A DNA stretch of 64,000 nt from the NCBI RefSeq assembly GCF_009914755.1, contig NC_060944.1. One strand, written 5' to 3'. Below are positions 58,197 through 64,000 of this stretch, piece after piece. The position numbers were made by a program, and so were the translations under genes. This DNA is from the human T2T-CHM13v2.0 reference genome, Homo sapiens. Below the pieces are notes generated by a model, which worked only from the letters and a program-made list of their open reading frames with translations, was not told the origin of the DNA and ran no database searches. Each line of letters begins with the position of its first letter. The stretch's first letter is position 1.

Positions 58197-58592
58197 CTTG
58201 CCGGAGAGGGAAGTGAGGTCTGGGTGAGACGTCTTATAAACGGCTGTGCTGTCAAGACCCTACCGAGCACGCCTGGGGACCAGGGGGCCCCCCCAGCCTG
58301 ATGGAGCAACAGCTCCATCCTGTAGCTGGAATGAGTGGGCCAGACCCACAAGTTCTGACCCAGCCCCAGGCCCTCAAGGCTCCTCAGGGATGCAGACCAC
58401 CCACAGGGCTCCCAAGGTGCCTCCAGCCTGTGCTCCACCTGCCCGGGCCCCACCCACTGCTGCCCAGAAGGCCCAGGCCCAGCCCAGGTGCTGCTGGGCA
58501 CAGCCGAGCGGGGCAGGGCTGACCCACTCATTCCCTGGAGACTCAGGGCCCAGGGGCTGATGGGGGCTGAGAGCCACCAGGCAGGGCCTGAC

Positions 58593-58676
58593 CTCCTCAA
58601 ACTCGGCCGTGAGCTTCTGCCGCTGTGTCTGCTCATCCTCCAGGATGGCTTCTGTCCACTCCAGCTGCGTCTTCAG
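58593..58676 (-). CDS. RRBP1: RRBP1 exon (LKTQLEWTEAILEDEQTQRQKLTAEFEE)
   Basis: CACAG|CTG acceptor; GAG|GTCAGG donor; 84 nt. Confidence 0.97.
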
Positions 58677-59398
58677 CTGTGCAAACACCGCAAACATAAC
58701 CCGGCAGCCCGGTGAGGAACCCTCCAGGGGCCCAGGGATCCAGCACAGGCACTGCTCTCTAGCTGCTTCTAGCTTCCCCTTTCCCTGCCCCAACGCTCCC
58801 CTCGTTGGGGAGAGGGCACCTCAGCCCCTGGTACAGACTTCGGTGTGGCTCAGGAGCAGCTGATGGGGCCTCTGCAACCTCAGGGGCCTTTAACGAGACT
58901 CACAGGACAAGAAAGATGCCTCCGAGCCCTGGCCCCATGACAACCCCCTTAACAGCCACACCATGGCCACCCCAGGGACAGGCCCTGCCTCTTGGTGAGG
59001 ACTCTTGGTGGCTATTGCCGGGCTCAAAACTCTGGAGAGCGAATATCCTGCTAGCGATGTCCCAGCTGGGGTTGCAGTGGGAGACAGTCCCCTTCGATGG
59101 CTGCAGACCCTGCCCAGAGCTGCTCCTGAGCCCTGTAGGTGCAGACCCCAAATCATGGACTCCCTCTTCGAGTCCCACCTCCCCCCCACTCCTCCAGCCT
59201 CTCCACCTGGCCACCTTTCTGTTCCATGCTCTGTGGCTTTCTCCGAACCTGGATGATCCAAATGGGGCAAAGCAGGGTGGGGTGGGGAAGCAGCGGAGGC
59301 TGGAGCAGCCAGTGCGGGGTTTAGTCCGAACGGAGGCAGCAGGGCCTGCACTTTTCTGGGATTAGTGATGTGTCTGGGGACCGGCTCACCGCCCTAAC

Positions 59399-59506
59399 CT
59401 GAACGGGGTCCTGCTCGGCTGGGGGCGCCTCTGGGGAGGAAGCTGGGGCCCCAGCTATGTCACCATCCTCTACGTGGCTCTTCATTTCACTCAACTGCTG
59501 CCTGAC
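59399..59506 (-). CDS. RRBP1: RRBP1 exon (VRQQLSEMK...EQDPVQ)
   Basis: TTCCAG|GTC acceptor; CAG|GTTAGG donor; 108 nt. Confidence 0.97.
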
Positions 59507-61262
59507 CTGGAACAGGAAGGGGTGTGTTTGCAAATGCACAGCCAGTCGCACACCCACCATGCTCACTCCTGCAGGGACCCCCTCGGAGGACCGTAGCTGC
59601 TCTCAACAGCCAAAGTCCCTTCAGGGGACCTGGCTTGGTAACTGTGACCTATGTCTGGCCACCCCCGCCGCCAACCTGAGCCAAACCAAGGCCACCAAGC
59701 CTCTGGGCTAATGAGACCCAATGTGCTCTGCTCCAAGCCCAACCGGAGGGGAGCCCTCCCTGGGAGTGAGGTGACCCCTGATGGGCATGGCCCACAGAGC
59801 AAAGGAATCCGAATGGAACCGGGGGGTGGCCGCCACACTGTCTACACCCCCCGTTTCTCCTTCAAGGATGCAGTCCACTGCTCAGAGCCCTTTCCGGGGT
59901 CTAGAAAAGATTATGAGATAACATTCTTGCCTAACAAGGTCCCCCACCCCTACGCTCCATCACTGGGGTTAGGTGGCATATCTGGCTGCACCCAAACCAC
60001 TGGGCCTGCAATTTGAAGGGCAGGTGTCACTCGAGAGGCTCAGGTAGAGGTTCCAATTGGAGACCCAGGTGGGGCCCTTGGCATAAGCTCCCCAGGGAAC
60101 ATGGGCGGTCTCTGACCCTGCGCTGAGGGGCCACCCCAGGTACGTGGGAACCCCAGACATTCTTCCCTCCCTCTGAACAGCCCCTCCCAATGCAAATAAC
60201 GAACTGCACAGCTGGAAGACAACAGAAACTCCAGGGGGTTTTCTCTGCACACCCCCGGCCTGGGCCATGCCCCCGGGGCCTGTCACCCAGACTTCGCTCA
60301 GCCAAGGCTTCAGTGAGTGGCCCCTAGACACAGGAGGAGACCTGGCCTAGGCAGCACTGCCCTCTGGTGTTCTGGTCCGGGTAAGACCTGAATGACCAAG
60401 GGGGACCGAGGGTGTTGGGAGCGTGTGCCGGACTCACTGGCTGCTGCAGGGGGAATGCCAGCCCATTTTTATTTAAAATTTCCCAATTTCTCCCTGTTGA
60501 CAACTAATTCAAGATTTAAAAAAACACCGCAGATCAAACAGAACATGTCTGCGGCCTCACAGGGTGCTGCTCACAACACCAGCCTTGGGGCGGTACCAGA
60601 TCCGGTGAGGCTGGGTGGAGCCTGCCAAGGAGCTGGGACTTGGCATCAGACACCTGAGCTGAACACCAGGAGGGACTCAAGAGGCCACCTGCACAGGCAG
60701 AGCTCCAGTGGTCTGCCAAGGGGGCTGCTCTCTGCACCCGGCAGCTGGTATGGGGCCGGGCGTGGAGCAGGTCTTCCCTGCATGCCTGTGGCTTTGACTG
60801 AATTGATCTGAGCTGTCACTGAGGTGAGAAAACCCACAGAAGGCACGGGACTTGCTGAGAGCCCCAGGGCGATGGGTGGCCAGGCCAGGAGGAACCCCCA
60901 GGCTTCCTGGTCTTGTGATGCCAGGGACTGCAATATCCCTGACGCCCCCAGGTGACTACAATGGGCTCACAGGGAATGCAGACGCCCAGAGCTCTCACTA
61001 CCTTGAACAGGGGACCAGGTAGCCAGGGGACGGGAGATGGAGTGGGAGCACCCTGGTCCCAACAGCCACATGCCCAGCTCAGAGTTCTGGGCAAATGTGC
61101 AGGAAGGCCCCCAGAAGCCGGCCCCATGCTGCTCAACGGGTGACACTGTCCCTTCCCTAGGCTTTATCTTTGAGTGGACACAAACGCATGACTGGCAAAT
61201 GCATCTCACACACGCAACGCCCCAGGTCACACTCCCGGCATGGGGACATGGAGGCCACCTAC

Positions 61263-61346
61263 CAGGGCAAGCTCATCGCTCTGTTTCTGGGCTTCGCTCT
61301 TGGCGGCATCGAGCTGAGATTGAGATTCTAGGAGAAGTTGCCTCAG
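61263..61346 (-). CDS. RRBP1: RRBP1 exon (LRQLLLESQSQLDAAKSEAQKQSDELAL)
   Basis: CCCCAAG|CTG acceptor; CTG|GTAGGT donor; 84 nt. Confidence 0.96.
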
Positions 61347-61627
61347 CTTGGGGAGAAAACAGAGGCGGGTGATGGGAAAAAAGGAGAGAAAAGGAGAAAA
61401 CCAGTCCCCGTGAGTTAGCGCCGAAACATAAAACCTAACACATCCACTTAACCAAAACCCTGAGGAGGGTCACAGCATCGGGCCGGCACAGGGCTCGCCA
61501 GGCTTCCTACAGCTACGATTTCTTTTTTGAGGACTTAGGAAGAATGGTGTTCACTGCGTACCTCTTTCAGGCCTTCACAAATGTTTACTGATTATCTCTG
61601 GCAAAAAAGGGCCAAAAGTTGGAGATG

Positions 61628-61884
61628 ATTTTTTTTTTCAGAGATGGTCTCAATCTGTCATCCACGCTGGTCTTGAACTCTTGGGCTCAGGCAATCCTCC
61701 TGCATCAGCCTCCTAAGCAGCTGGGAACGGAGGTGCCCACCAGTGTGCCTGGCTTTTTTTTTTTTTTTGGTACAGATGCGGTCTTGCTATGTTGCCCAGG
61801 CCGGTCTCAAATTTCTGGCCTCGAGCAATCCACCTCAGCCTTTCAAAGTGCTGGGATTACAGGCATGAGCCGCTGTGCCTGGCC
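61628..61884 (-). mobile_element. Alu (AluJ-type, degenerate)
   Basis: Reverse Alu in RRBP1 intron. Confidence 0.8.
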
Positions 61885-62298
61885 CAAAAGTTTGAGATTA
61901 AACCAGAATTGGGATACTGGGCTTGTGCTTCTGCTTCTGAAGAGCAGAAAAAGTGTCAGATCTAAATCCACTCCCCACCAGATATGACATCAGCAAGCCA
62001 GGCAGAGAATCCCCTTGCGGAGGGATAACCTAGAACGTCAAACGCCTCCCTCGGGGCAGGGCTGCCTGGCTCTGCCCCTGTCCTGGCTGGGAGGCTGCCT
62101 TTTTGAAACCTGCCCTGAGAGACACCTCAGGCCTGACAGCCCAACGAGGGGCCTGTGAGGCTTCAGGCAAACGCCTGAGGACTCGGACTTCAAGGCTTAT
62201 GTCACCGAGAGCTGCTCCCACAGGGCTGAGGAGAAGCAGCTCAGGGAGGACCGCAGATCTGCTGGGCAGGGGCTGCACTCCTTGGGGGGCAGACTCAC

Positions 62299-62394
62299 CC
62301 CTGCCACCTCCTTGGCGTAGTTCTGGCACTCGGCGCTGGCGGCCGCCATGTGCTTTTCCAGCTCTGCCTCCAAATGCAACGTGTGCTCCCTCAC
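62299..62394 (-). CDS. RRBP1: RRBP1 exon (VREHTLHLEAELEK...KEVAG)
   Basis: GTCCAG|GTG acceptor; GGG|GTGAGT donor; 96 nt. Confidence 0.97.
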
Positions 62395-62964
62395 CTGGAC
62401 AGATGCACAGACACGCACACGCATGCGCCAGCAGCCTCTGCTCAAAGGGCACTCACCTCAGGGAGCAGGCTGGCCCTGGGATAGGTGAGGCCTCTCGGGA
62501 GATCCCTGAGGCCCACCAGCTACCAAGCAAACGAGAAACTAGTCCGCGGCAAGAGAACCCCTTACGGAAAGTGGCAGGCTGCACACGGGCACTCCTGGGG
62601 ACTGACATGCTCTTAGATTTACTTGCAAAAGCAGGTACCAAGGGTACCTTCTCCAGGGCTCCCTGTGGCGTCTGAAGGGGGCAGTGGGGCCACCTTGACT
62701 GTGAAGGCCGTGGCAGAAGCCCTGTTCACCAGGGCTGGGCAGGTCTGCACAGGGCCCGTGGCTGGGTCTCAGGGTCCTCTGAGGTAGTCAATGTCTCTCA
62801 TTAAGGAAAAACAGGATGGACAAGATCCCTTGGCTTGAGAGAGAATGCCTCTCTTAAGGCACACGGTCCATGAGGAAGAAATCAGTGAAGTGTCCTCTGC
62901 ATTAACGTCACTTTCAAAGAGGCTCCCGGGACAAGAGAAAGAGTTCTCTGAGCAGAGCACATAC

Positions 62965-63036
62965 CTGGTCCGAACTTTCAAGTTCTCCTTTTAGCTTCTC
63001 TACAATCTCTTCGAGATGCTTCACTGTGACCCGGGA
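62965..63036 (-). CDS. RRBP1: RRBP1 exon (SRVTVKHLEEIVEKLKGELESSDQ)
   Basis: TTGTAG|TCC acceptor; CAG|GTATGT donor; 72 nt. Confidence 0.97.
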
Positions 63037-63380
63037 CTACAAAGCAAGGGGAAGGCTCCGTCAGACACGAGCACCTGGGGGTGTCTCCTTCCGAGGCCAT
63101 GCTAGGACCCGAGCGGGACTGACCCAACTTAGGAAGCCCCGGGGGTGCCCACTCCGCCCAGCTGGGACGGTCACCCTGGCGCCATCTGGCAGTGTCTTCC
63201 TAGGCGGGGGCCTCCTGGAGGACGGACTGAGCTGTCATCCCGCAACTGTGCTTCATAGGGTGTCGTGGAAAAGCCCCACCGAGACACACGAGTCTCACAG
63301 GTGACAGAGACAATCCTGTCAACTCTCCCCTGGGCTTCATGTGCTCCACGGCGCCGGGAGGCAGGCAGGGCTGCATATAC

Positions 63381-63473
63381 CTTCTGGAGCTCCTCCTCTG
63401 CGGCGCCCACCTTGGCCCTCCACACCTGCTCCTCCTCCTCCACGCTCTTCTGCAGGTCTCTGAGCATGCCCTC
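63381..63473 (-). CDS. RRBP1: RRBP1 exon (EGMLRDLQKSVEEEEQVWRAKVGAAEEELQK)
   Basis: CCCCAG|GAG acceptor; AAG|GTATAT donor; 93 nt; gene continues beyond the window. Confidence 0.97.
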
Positions 63474-64000
63474 CTGGGGGGAAACCGAGGTGAGGCAGGG
63501 CCCTCTCCCTCCCGAGACCCGCACCACACAACCGCATCTTCCTGTCCCTGCAGCCCTGGTGACCTGCCGTGCTCCGCCTGCTGACTTCATGAGCGCCAGC
63601 GTTAGGTGGGGAGGGAAGGCAACCACTGTCCTGGGAGGGAGGTCCTCTGGCCAGTGGGCCAGTGTGGCTGCAGTGCCAGGCAAGGAAATGAGGTCTGTGA
63701 CCTGCACAGGACCACTAGGATGCTTGTTACTGCCGGGGTTTGCCACCAGCACCAAGTGTGTCAATGGCCCAGGACGAGGAGCACAGGATGGGCTGGCCAG
63801 AGAGTGGCAGGGCTAGACCTGGCATTGCTCTTAGTCACAAACGGGGTTCAACCTGGCAGTCACCAGCTGCTTACCCCGTCCTTCCCCTTCCCCAGCTTAG
63901 AGACCGGCCCCGAACCTTCAACTTGGCCTTCTCTTCAGCTTAGAAACAATGACGACCTCAGAGGGTGCCATCCATTTACCATGCAGCCGAAGAACGGGGC

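Noticed and set aside
62377-62379. RRBP1 codon TTG (Leu) where I recall Ser in some sequences
   Set aside because: Recollection uncertain; at most a simple CpG transition variant that cannot be verified here.
56885-63476. CAG-GAG tandem (NAGNAG) acceptors at three RRBP1 exons
   Set aside because: GAG is rarely used as an acceptor; no evidence from sequence alone.
53290-63943. Numerous 60-200 aa ORFs in the GC-rich right end
   Set aside because: Expected by chance at this GC content; only segments bounded by splice sites and matching RRBP1 were accepted.

Overview
Primate (human-type, Alu-rich) genomic DNA recognisable as the DSTN-RRBP1 locus (human 20p12, from gene identity). It holds the complete destrin/ADF gene DSTN on + (CpG-island promoter; ATG-only coding exon 1 at 12867-12869; ~30.5 kb intron 1; exons 43401-43708, 47219-47295, 49701-49810; 498 nt = 165 aa + stop). 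It also holds the last nine coding exons and 3' UTR of RRBP1 (p180) on -, convergent with DSTN, and a probable distal alternative exon of BFSP1 on - near 1.35-1.6 kb. The rest is mostly Alu, L1, MaLR/ERV LTR and DNA-transposon fossils. Most notable: (1) an antisense Rho GTPase pseudogene in DSTN intron 1 whose residues fit a second RhoG paralog better than human RHOG; (2) a stop-containing cassette exon in DSTN intron 1 that would convert the start codon into a uORF and yield destrin lacking the Ser3 phospho-switch; (3) several unusual L1-mediated retro-insertions (tailless 7SK copy, two retroposed LTR-transcript ends); (4) a GC-AG intron in RRBP1. Exon coordinates were counted by hand. Repeat boundaries are approximate and family names are by eye. 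No new multi-gene system could be supported.
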